Shown: positions 40,601 through 51,113 of the stretch, piece by piece
Layout: every line of letters begins with the position of its first letter
Numbering within the stretch: position 1 is the stretch's first letter
Source: Adineta vaga
Lineage: Eukaryota > Animalia > Rotifera
Direction: 5' to 3'
Length of the DNA stretch: 64,000 nt
NCBI GenBank assembly: GCA_021613535.1
Contig: CP075492.1
Span: 14,322,001 to 14,386,000, forward strand
The notes under the pieces: model-generated
Database searches by the model: none
What the model was told of the DNA's origin: nothing
The model's input: the letters and a program-made list of their open reading frames with translations, nothing else
Position numbers and translations under genes: made by a program

Positions 40601-43600
40601 TTCCAACAAATAAAGCAAAAGTGTTCTACGAACATGTTCCTGCCATTGCAACAAGAGAAGAACAATGGATTTCCAACATTTATGATGAAATTTGTGATCA
40701 AGTTAGTGGAACACGATCTGTACTTCTTATTTGTGAAGATATTAAACAACTTGATTATGTTTATGATGGACTGATTAAATGCTTTAAAACAGATCACAGT
40801 ACAAGTAAAAAGATTACAGAATGTTTTACAACTATTACTATTTATAAACGTGAACATGATGAATTTAATTTTGAAGATGATCATAAACTCGAACCACATC
40901 GATTAATTATTGCCACGAATCTTGCTGGTAGAGGTACAGACATCAAACTAAGTAAATCTCTTATTAATGCTGGTGGTTTACATGTGATAACGGCTTTTAT
41001 GCCGAAAAATTGTCGAATTGAAGAACAAGCTTACGGTCGTGCCGCGAGGTTTGTCATCATTTTTTACTCTATAATAATCTTATTGATCTTTCTTTTTTTT
41101 ATAGATGTGGTCAACCAGGTTCTGCTCAAATTATTGCATTTACTGAACCAGCAGATAATACTATTCAACCGTCAGTTTTTCAATTAAAAATGTTTCGTGA
41201 TAATGCTGAAGTTCATCGATTACAATCATTGAAAAGTTTCTACGATTATCATACAGAAATCGAAGAATCATGTTTAGAAAAATTCCGAAATCACTGTGAT
41301 AAAGCTCTTAATGTTATTTATTCAAATAGTTCGACGATCGGCGACGAATCTCTTCCAACACCTTCGCAAGTCGTTTATGCTGCTCTTCTTGATCAGTGGG
41401 CACTTTGGCTTGATAGTAAAGCTCCACTAATAAAACAGTGTGCAAATGAACATAGTGAAAATTTGAAAGAAACTCTAAAAAATTCTGTTGATGAATTTTT
41501 AAATAGACATCCATTCGGTAATCAATTGAATTGTTTTGAATCTGCGAAAAACTGGATCGATGCTCCCCAATCATTATTAACTATTGGTATCATTCAAATG
41601 TTTCACAAGAATGGATTCCAAGAAGCAGAAGATACTTTCAATAAGATTCTTGCCGATGGACACGAATTTGGTGGTGAAGCCTTTTATTACAAAGCATGCA
41701 TGAGAATGAGAAACTTCGATGGAACTCGAACGCAATTGAACTCATTGAAATTGTCCAAGGAACAACCGTTCAGCGAAAACATTGAAGAAGCTATTGAATA
41801 TTTTTATAAAGCACGAACTTTATTTCTTCATCGTTTACAACGAAAACAGAAGGAAGCTTCAATCGTTGCTCAAATGATGGAAAAATTACCAGAAAAGAAT
41901 CCGAAAACATCCGGTTTTGCATCACAAATAAAATCGATCACTACTTATATTCAATTAATATTGATGAACATCGATTATCTTGTTGGTGCACCTTGTCATT
42001 CGAATATGTTTGTACGAGATGATATCAGTGAAGCGTATTCAAAAGAAATCTATGATGCATTCTATCGACAAGGTTTAATCAGTCCACCAATACTTACAGG
42101 TCGACGCTTAGAAAACTGGCAGATTGAACCAATTCGTCGCAAATACAAATTACATAGAAATCAAATCGAAGTAAATGAACAATTTTCTAAGAAATTATCT
42201 AATTGAAAAGTTTGCTTCTCTTTTTATAGACGTACATTGATCGAATGTCAAAAGATCCAACATCGCAGGTATTTGAAAAACATACTGTTATTGATCAAGA
42301 TTTGCTTCTTGACAAATCTCCTTTATCAACAAAGAGTGAATTTTGGATAGAATTAGAACAACAAAACACTCTCTACAATACAGATATTTATTTAGTTGTT
42401 CATAATCAATCGTTATTAAGTAAAGAAATTCTTGAGATACTCAGTAAACTTAAGCCACACTCGATAACTGATGCAGATGAAGCAAAGACTTTATTACGAT
42501 ATTCGAGTGAAGTTAATCTGGGCACAATGTACAAATTAAGTGATGTTCAGAAAGAAATAGAAAATAATGAAAAGTTAAAAAACGAAATTTATCAACTTGT
42601 TGATAGAGGAACTTTGAAATTAGATAAATTAGCGAGTATCTTAATCATACCTGAACGTATATCGTATTTCTCAAATTTTGATGGTGTAACGAAAGAAGAT
42701 ATGAAAGAATTTTTTCATCTTGAAAACCATGGTGTGACTTGGATTATGAACATCTTACAAGAAAATGGAGTCTTACAACTTCAAACAATAAACATGAAAA
42801 GATTAACTTCCGATGATAACATATGGAAGCAACACGTAAGAGCACATTTAGAAGAGAATGCAGAGAAACCTGAAGAAAAAGATCCGATCGAAGTGAAATT
42901 ACTCTACGAGAACGCTGGAATTCTTCAACAAATTAAGGACAACACAAAACTGCTGAATATTACAGAAGGAGTATTGAATAGATACTGTAATATTACAGAA
43001 GGACTTGACAGAGAAGAAACTGTTAAAAAATTCAGCATTTACCTAATCGAAAAAAATATTTTAGAACCTTATTTCTACAATATTTGGCGGTTAAATTCAA
43101 AATTAGATTGTTCATCATTGCCTCGTTGTATAGCTGATCATATCGATGAATTCTTAGCTGATCGATTTGCATACACGTTTGCTCTTGAAGACATTTGTTT
43201 ATCATTAGAAGAAGCTAATAAATATCCTTCACCAAGTCCAACTCGAATATTTCTACCCGAAAATCCATTCGGTGAAGTTTTCAATGATTTTATCAATTGT
43301 GGTCTTGCAATGCCATCAAGACTATGTAATACTACCGAAACTATCGATGATTTCGATTATAAAGATTTTCAACATGAAGAAACAATCAAATCAGTTGTGT
43401 ATTCGAATCGATTAAAATTACACGATCAAACTGATTATCATATGAGTTTGATTCCATTTCCAACTTATGTTCTCGATCAAGGTTTTCTTATTGATTCAGA
43501 TTTACGAAATATTATCAACAATGGATTAAAAGTTGTTGTTACTCGAAAGAAAGAAACAACTGGATCATGGCTATTGAATAAAGTTATAGGCAGTGCTGCA

Positions 43601-45464
43601 TGGTGTTGGAATAAAGTGAAAGCAGTTGCAAGTGCTGTTAGTTCATTTTGCTATTCTGTACTTGAATTTGTCATTCATTTACCAGGTAAAATTTTTCCTA
43701 AATTGAAACAATTAAAGTTAATACAGAAATTCGTTCTAGGAAAAATATTCAGTGCAATATCTGATTTTGCTGCTCCGTATGTGAAACAAGCAGGTGAACT
43801 GATTCAGAAAATAGCACAACCACTTTTGAATACAAAACTTGGAAAAGCAGCAGTTGCAAAGATGCAATTCGCGAAAGAAATTGCTATTGAAGGGGGATAT
43901 AAACTTCTTGAAGGAGCAGAATGGGCGATTGATAAAGGAACTCAAATAGGGAATTATGTTGGAAAAAAAGCTACAGAACTTACCACTTGGGTAGGTGATA
44001 CAAGCATTATTAAAGGAACTATTGGATTGGCAAAAGACTTTGGATCATGGGTCAAATCTACCGAGATCTGGAAATCTGCAGCTGAAATGGCAGTATACAT
44101 GTACACAAAAGTGAGTAACTTTTGTACAGCTGTTTCAGAAAGTTATCAATATTACAATCAATGTCGAACAATATCAAGACGAATTGTGATTGAACAGAGA
44201 GGATTAGTTGATGAACATACAATTTTGAAAACATTTCATGATGTTTCACTACACGAAGCTAAGAAGAATGATGATGATCGTGATACAAATGAAGTGAGTT
44301 ATTTCGACAGGATCATTTTTATAAAAATCAACTGATTTTATTTAGATGATCCGTAAAAACATCGAATCTTGGCGAACTCCTTTAATCAAATCATTCGAAG
44401 CAATAGTTAATCAAAAACTTGAATTATTAGCAAGCAATAAATATACTATTGAATTTATAAAATCTTCTTTAAAAAGTAGCTTTGCATTGAAGAATCTTGA
44501 AAGTGAAATCAGCAGTTTATTAAATTTCTATGCATGGAAAATACAACTATTGTATTTCAAAACGATTCAAATTTCTATTCAAAACAATGTTCCATTGAAA
44601 AATGTGATTTTTGAGCCAGTTCAAGGGCTACCAAAAGAACTTCAATTCTTTATTGAAGATGGTATCGATCAAATTTTAGAAGATTTTCAAAAACGAATTG
44701 ATGATGCAGGTCATCAATCAGATGAAAATACAACAATAAATGATATTCTCATTGATTGTGTTGAATATAAAAACTGGAAAGATATTTGCAAAGCCGTAAC
44801 AATGAAATTCACACAGAAATCAATCGATTCTTTATTCATCGAACAAACTATTTCAGTCATTCTTAGTTATATTGCTAGTTTACGCGATGCCAATACACCT
44901 CCATCTGAAGCACAATTTAGCTTTAATCAAGAAGATAAGAGTCTTAAACAAGCTCTTGCTGAATACAAATCTAATTATCAATCAAAACGAAAAGCTCAAT
45001 TTTTGATGACTGAATTATATTCCATTATTAGCAAGACAATTAATGCTAATAATGTTCGATCAAATATAAACTTAATTAGAATAGCAATTAAATATGGTTA
45101 CCCACTTCCGCTATCATGCGCAACACTGATTGCTACTACCATCGATCAATTTTTGACAAAATCTAAAATTTATACTTCCGGCGTTTTTCTTGAAATAACG
45201 GATGATAAAAAACGTGTTCACGTTCAATTTAAAACTAAAGATGGACGAGCAAAAATGTGCATACGGCAATTTAATGGATCAGTTTTCTTTTGTCAATCGG
45301 ATTACCGAGCTTTTGTTGGCATGGTAGATCAAATGTATGAAGAAGTTGATCAAGCCTTCTTCTATGAAGCTCTCACTGGATACTTAAAAATGATCCGTCC
45401 TGAATTTCCGCGTCAAGCTGAAACGTTACGAGAAGGAGTTTTAAAAGAATTAGCACTTCTTTAA
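34652..45464 (+). CDS. Giant (~3531 aa) SecA-like SF2 ATPase; 5 exons (34652-36709, 36760-41048, 41105-42170, 42230-44293, 44346-45464)
   Basis: SecA motifs in order: QVNTGEGKS, VDIITSSSVLAQRDA, RKKAYASDIVYG, IVDEVDNMLLD, WCGGLHQFLQLKHG, GLSGTLG, IPTNK, IATNLAGRGTDIKL, GGLHVI, RIEEQAYGRAARCGQPGS; four introns join five track ORFs in frame. Confidence 0.9.
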
Positions 45465-45674
45465 GACATAGATTTTCATTGAAAACTTATCCTTTTTTCA
45501 ACTATCAAATGCTTTTTTTTTGTTGCATCAATAAAAGTAACAAGCGTCATTTTCAATCATGTTTATTGAATACAATTATTAATGACGCGATATCTCAGTG
45601 ATCCTGAGAATCTTTCATTAAACATGTAAATTAGAAATAAGAAAAGAAATTATATTTATTAACAAAATATAACT

Positions 45675-46250
45675 TCACTCTTTTTTATTTTTCCACAGTT
45701 GACGATGTTCTTCAGTCCACCAATCATGACTTTCTGGTACACCGTTTAAGTTTGGAACATCTGATGGTCTGTCTACAGCTTCATCATAGTCTGGTCGTGT
45801 CCAGTTCGAAATATTAAATTCGAGCTCATCGTCCGACTGTTCCAGCTTCTTCAGTGCATCCTTCATTTCTTGTGTCAACTCATACCCGCTTACTTCTTTG
45901 TAGAAATCGAGAAATTCATTTTTAAGAAACCATATCTGTGATCGTTTTCCTCTAGCAATATTTAAATCTGATGGATCAATATTATTGACTAGACCAGGAG
46001 TATAACCAATGAGTTTAGTAAAGCCAATTGGGAAGAATTCTTTTAAATTTTTTTCATCTTCATTTGTTAATAATTTTCGATAATCAGGCTGAAGATGTGT
46101 ACGGCGTCCAAACTCATATACTGTTTCATATAAAATTGAAGCATTAGAAAATCCAAAATCTTTTTCATTTTTCAAGATTGACAAATAATGTAAACGATCT
46201 ACTAATTGTTTGATGATACGGGCCATGTCAGTCTCTTCTGTTGACGACAT
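45675..46250 (-). CDS. 191-aa acidic hypothetical protein ending VPNLNGVPESHDWW
   Basis: Intronless ORF with ATG, convergent with the SecA-like gene; no signal peptide or TM segment. Confidence 0.75.
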   Translation of the reverse strand: MSSTEETDMARIIKQLVDRLHYLSILKNEKDFGFSNASILYETVYEFGRRTHLQPDYRKLLTNEDEKNLKEFFPIGFTKLIGYTPGLVNNIDPSDLNIARGKRSQIWFLKNEFLDFYKEVSGYELTQEMKDALKKLEQSDDELEFNISNWTRPDYDEAVDRPSDVPNLNGVPESHDWWTEEHRQLWKNKKE

Positions 46251-47320
46251 AGATCAATCTAAGTTTAAAAAAAAGAAAAATAAAGATGACGATTGCTAGA
46301 GATGTTTTGGGTTTATTGTAAAGAAGAAAACAATTGCAATTCATTTCTACCTACAAGGGGCAGTTTTCAAGATTTTATCTTCAGATTGTGGTGAGTGAAA
46401 AGAGGATTACCTTCCTCATCCATCCGCTCACTACATCCTCACTCGCCCTCAATTTGTGTATGGCATTTTAGGCTGTTAAACGATCGTAACATTGTAATGA
46501 ACAAATTCGTTAAATTAGAAAATGTACCTATATGAACAGTTTATGTTGAAAATCCATGAAGAATTCTAGTCTTGGCTATTTCAAAATTACTGTTTTCTCT
46601 TAAGAATAACTCTGTGGTCATTGATTTATTTATCCCATAACATTTAGAGATGTTCTTTGTTTACAAGAAAGATGAAAACAACAGTGAAAGTCAGTGGAGA
46701 CAAAATTCTACTTCAAACGGCAAAGCGTACGTATACTGTACCAGTATCCTTAGATTTACGTTAGTGCCCACTGGATATAAAAAAGAAGACACATTCGGAA
46801 AATACGTTTTACTATACTCGCCGATCGATGTCAATAAATGGAGTTCAAAGAAACAGCACGCATTTAGCAGTTAATCGTTATATAAAAAGTTAGAATGAAA
46901 GAGTAACACATGTGTGTTTTGCCAGTCTATTTATCGACACGGCGCTATCTCAATTTGTCACGTTCAATTCGTCGTATATATATATGAGCGTAGAATTTAA
47001 CTCATCTTCCCAATTGAGGAGGTATATTTCGTACGAAATTAAGGATAAATTTTTCTTCAAAAAGCTTTAACACAAAATGAGAGCAAGGATAAGTTCCATT
47101 ATTATTGTTAAGATTCTCATTACTCTTTCTTAGCATGAGTTGAGTCCTTCTTAAAATCAATTCAATCACTTAGTGGCAACATACACTTTACAATATCTTC
47201 TCTTGTAGCGTGACGGTGCACCAGACGAATTTTTCAAGATAATTCATTGTGCAAAAGATGTTCACTGGATAAACGGAAGAATACACGGAATACTCTAATC
47301 ATACTAATTAATTTTTCCGC

Positions 47321-47765
47321 TTCCTTCGAGTAATCAATTTTAAATTTGTTTACATCACTTCATACTCTATCACTACTTACTTTAATACACTGAAAGTACC
47401 AATATAGCAACAACAACGTTGACTGCTTGTATCTACACTGTGTCTCAAAGTCGTTGTTTTTTCGCCGTTGAGTTACACACACACTAAAAGAAAAAAAAAG
47501 AATGAGTACTATCAGTGGAGTAGATGTACTTGTTTCTTTTTAAAAAAAAACATCCTCCGTGCAACGAAATATTTGCGAACGTTCGGATTTTTCTAACGTT
47601 GTACGTGATGACGAAAAAGCTGTTTTTTTCCTCCACAATGTTCGTTCTGCACAAGCAATGTTTAACCTTGTCATAGAAAAGAAGAAAAAATGTGGATATT
47701 AAAAAAAGCGTTTTACCACTGTTACTCTAGAGATAAAAAAGAGATTGTGTTTGCGTTCTGTTATT
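47321..47765 (-). repeat. Right (inverted) copy of the ~400-bp repeat at 26968-27378
   Basis: Collinear reverse-complement match with scattered substitutions and small insertions. Confidence 0.9.
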
Positions 47766-48286
47766 ATAGAAAAGGATGGCAGATATTGATGAGAATAAGA
47801 AAAACGAATGTAATGGAAAAGACCGAAATAAAAAATGGCGAAAGTATACTATCAAAAAGTAACTTGATGGTGAGTAGACACCCTCAAGATACTTGACATG
47901 GAATAAATGACTACTGAATTTATCAAAGACAGAAAATATATCTCTAATAAAATTTAATACTTCTTCCAACTCTGTTCACCTTTCTTCTTTTCGTTCTCCT
48001 TTTAATAATCGCATGAAACAATGAACATTTCCCAATGATATCATAAGACAGCGTCAGATGCCAATAGGATTTAAATCAATAGTATAATGGCTATTTACGA
48101 CATCTTTTAACTTTTCCACATTTTTTTTCTACCTTTTTTATTTCTATGTTTTGAGGGTGAGGACTAAGGTGGAACGAAGATAATCACCGTCATCCATAAA
48201 ATATAGATTAAAGTTGATGAAAGATAAACATTTATTTCACGTTTTACAATATCATCTGAATAGTATGTTAAGAAAAAAAAGAAGAT

Positions 48287-48820
48287 TTAATCGCTTTCAG
48301 TATCCGCAGCTTTTGTCAAAGTAATCATTTGTTGTTTTCTCCGATTTAAATACTGATGTAGTTCTAAAATGAAATATCCAATTAAAGCAATAGTTAGATA
48401 AACAATTTGTAGAATAATCGATGTTCGAACACGGATTGAACTAGCATAGAGATAAACAACAAGATAGCCAGTATTTTGTGCTAACCAAATACATGAATAT
48501 GCAGCTTCTTTCTCTTTCGAGAATACGCTTTCATACAATGCTAAAACAAATCTTTAAGGATATATTTAACTGAATAAAAACAATTTTACCTGATTCAACA
48601 GGATTCCAAACAGCACTTGCTAATCCTTGTAAACTGACTAAAATATATAAGACATACATTTGAGAAGAATTTGGTTTCCAAAGAAACATTGTAATGAATG
48701 ATGCATAACACATAAAAGATACGATAAGAAATAGTATTGAGCGACATTGAAATTTTGCCATATAACCAACAATTATACTAAATATACATGCTGTAATACC
48801 GAATGCAATCATAACTAAAC
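48287..48820 (-). pseudogene. 3' two exons of a UNC-93-like MFS gene; 5' part absent
   Basis: MIAFG...WKP...GLASAVW...ALYESVF...KEAAYS...QNTGYL; intron ~48541-48589; upstream sequence is an unrelated oxidase remnant. Confidence 0.7.
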
Positions 48821-48834
48821 CTATAAATAAAAAT

Positions 48835-49660
48835 TTGTCTGATTCAGCAATATATTATATCAGTCTTTTTACAAGTATCGAAACAAATCTTTATACATCA
48901 ATTTTATACAATCTATTCGTGATGAACTTATTCTAAATGATCAAACGAAATTTTATCAGATTCAAAATGGAAATGATCTATTGATTCAATCAATGGTTAA
49001 CGAATGTAATACAATTGAGTCCAATCGATGTTCAATTGTTTATTCAAATCCTATTGTTCGAATACTATCAAATAAATCTAATAGTATTCAGTTAACTACA
49101 AAGAATAATACCAGTCAACTGTTCCATTCTGCATTTGTCGCAACGACACCAACTGCCGCATAATTGATTGATTTCGATCCTAGAATTGCTTTTATTGATA
49201 AATATCGAGGATTAAGACAATTACATTACGATTGTTCATCAAAAGTTCTTCTCTTTTTCAATACATCGTGGTGGAATAAACAAGAAAACATTACAAATGG
49301 TCGATCAATTACAGATTTACCTATTCGATTTATTTATTATCCAAATAATAATATGCCTGTCGACGGAGGGACTATTCTTGCTAGCTTAATTGAAATTCAT
49401 CGTTTTTCATCGAATCTAAGAGACTATTTTCAAGATGGAAAGGTAAAACATTGGTGTAGTGATGCATATACACATGGTGCTTTCGCTCTTTTCACTCCAT
49501 TTCAAGAAACAGAAATAATTGATGAATTATATACAACCATTTCGAATCTACATTTTATTGCTGACTACACTAGTTCAGCACATGGATGAATTGAAGGTGC
49601 TCTTCTATCATCATTACGTGGAACTTTAACTTTTCAAATACAAGAACAGCAACAATATAT
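48835..49660 (+). pseudogene. L-amino acid oxidase / flavin amine oxidase remnant
   Basis: LRQLHYDCSSKV, GRSITDLPIRFIYYP, KHWCSDAYTHGAFALFTP, LHFIADYTSSAHG*IEGA (Trp to TGA); N-terminus missing; internal stop near 49161. Confidence 0.85.
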
Positions 49661-49667
49661 AAATATA

Positions 49668-50304
49668 TATATGATGTAGTGATTATCGGCAGTGGTCCTA
49701 TTGGTTTGATGGCATCAGTTTATCTGTCAATAAAACAAACATGTGAGAAATTAGAACTAAATTGTGAATATTTAAATAATACACAATTGAAACAGCGATA
49801 TCAAGGAATGTTTCATAATCAATCGGGTTATATCAATGTTACTTTGTTACGAAAAAGTCTTCTTGAAATTGTTCGACAACATCCAAATATAATTTTACAT
49901 GATCATGAAGAATTTTTATCATTAAAATTAGTAGCTTTAAATCGAACAGAAATCATTACTGATCGTGGAATTCTATATGCTTCAAAAAAAGTTCTTTTCG
50001 TACCTGGTCCTTACGCGAAAAATATATAATGATTGCACTGAATTTCATTCAAAATATGTCGCAACCTTTATTGCATCCGAATCAGCGAACAAATTTGATT
50101 GATCCTTTTCTTACAAAGAAAGTGATTGAATGGGTGTCAAATAATATGGCAGAACATGTTAATCTATCCGATTGTTTTGTTAATAATCGAACATGTTTAG
50201 CATCATTTTTACCTGATAATGGATTTGTAATTGATTATGTTCCCAAAACAAATAATCAAGTTTTGTTTCAAGATGCTGGTTGGGGAATAATGATAAGTAT
50301 ATGA
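49668..50304 (+). pseudogene. Sarcosine oxidase/DAO-like FAD oxidoreductase remnant
   Basis: YDVVIIGSGPIG dinucleotide-binding start; VPGPY; RTCLASFLPDNGFVIDYVP; much shorter than a full domain and frame-broken. Confidence 0.75.
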
Positions 50305-51113
50305 AACATTTTTCTCTATCAAGACCTTATAGACTTATTGAACATCGGCCTTGAATAATGCACGTACAAACTTAAACTTGTCAATCATAATTATTTTATT
50401 GAGTTTATTTTATACAATGTCAATTAAATAAAAGAAAGAACGTTTGTTCGAAATAGTTTGCTTACATATATAAAAATAACTTTTATTCGTAAGTGAATCT
50501 ACAACATATCAGTTGAAAACTTCTTTTCTTTCAGAGTTAAACTTCGTACATTATGTTTTTGACTCGCTTATTCATGATGTGAATGATCAACAAAGTAAAT
50601 AATAACTTTATACATATCTTTATTTATGATTTTGAATTATTTCAAAGATTATAAACATGAAACACTAAGTACTTTATGATAATATTATCAATAACCTTGC
50701 ACTTTTTCATTTCGCGTGTTGTCAACGTTAAACATAAGTGTTTTTTTTTCTTCGACACAGAACTGCTTAGATTTCTCCTCGTTCTTGTCATCATTGTCGG
50801 CGTCCGGTCGGAATTTTGTCATTCAGTTCTGTTTCTTTCTTTCTTTCTTTCTTTCCTTACCTGCGAGCTATGATACAAGAAAAAAGCCAAACTGCATTCA
50901 AAAGTGGCAAAAACAGAAAAAAAAATCTATAATTTAGGTGTTTTTGAGGTAAAGTGGTTATAGAATAGAAAAAACGAATGCTGTGAGGTTTTTTTCTTTC
51001 ACCTATTCATAAAATGCACTTCTTTCACATTTTAATGAAAGAAGAAAACAACGCTAGTTGACCTTTTAATAGATATTCGTTTCTCTTTGGACTGATTTTT
51101 AGATTGAATTGAT

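Noticed and set aside
32684-44249. Minus-strand ORFs (e.g. 32684-33310, 35781-36125, 40501-40899)
   Set aside because: Shadows of long plus-strand exons
34652-45464. Bacterial contaminant or canonical secA
   Set aside because: Four GT-AG introns, about four times the normal SecA length, and eukaryotic neighbours; gene symbol withheld
47000-47320. Transposase remnant inside the right inverted repeat
   Set aside because: No recognisable ORF or DDE motif
49585-49592. TGA as selenocysteine or an alternative genetic code
   Set aside because: It replaces a conserved Trp in a gene with other lesions; intact genes here use TGG for Trp and TGA as stop
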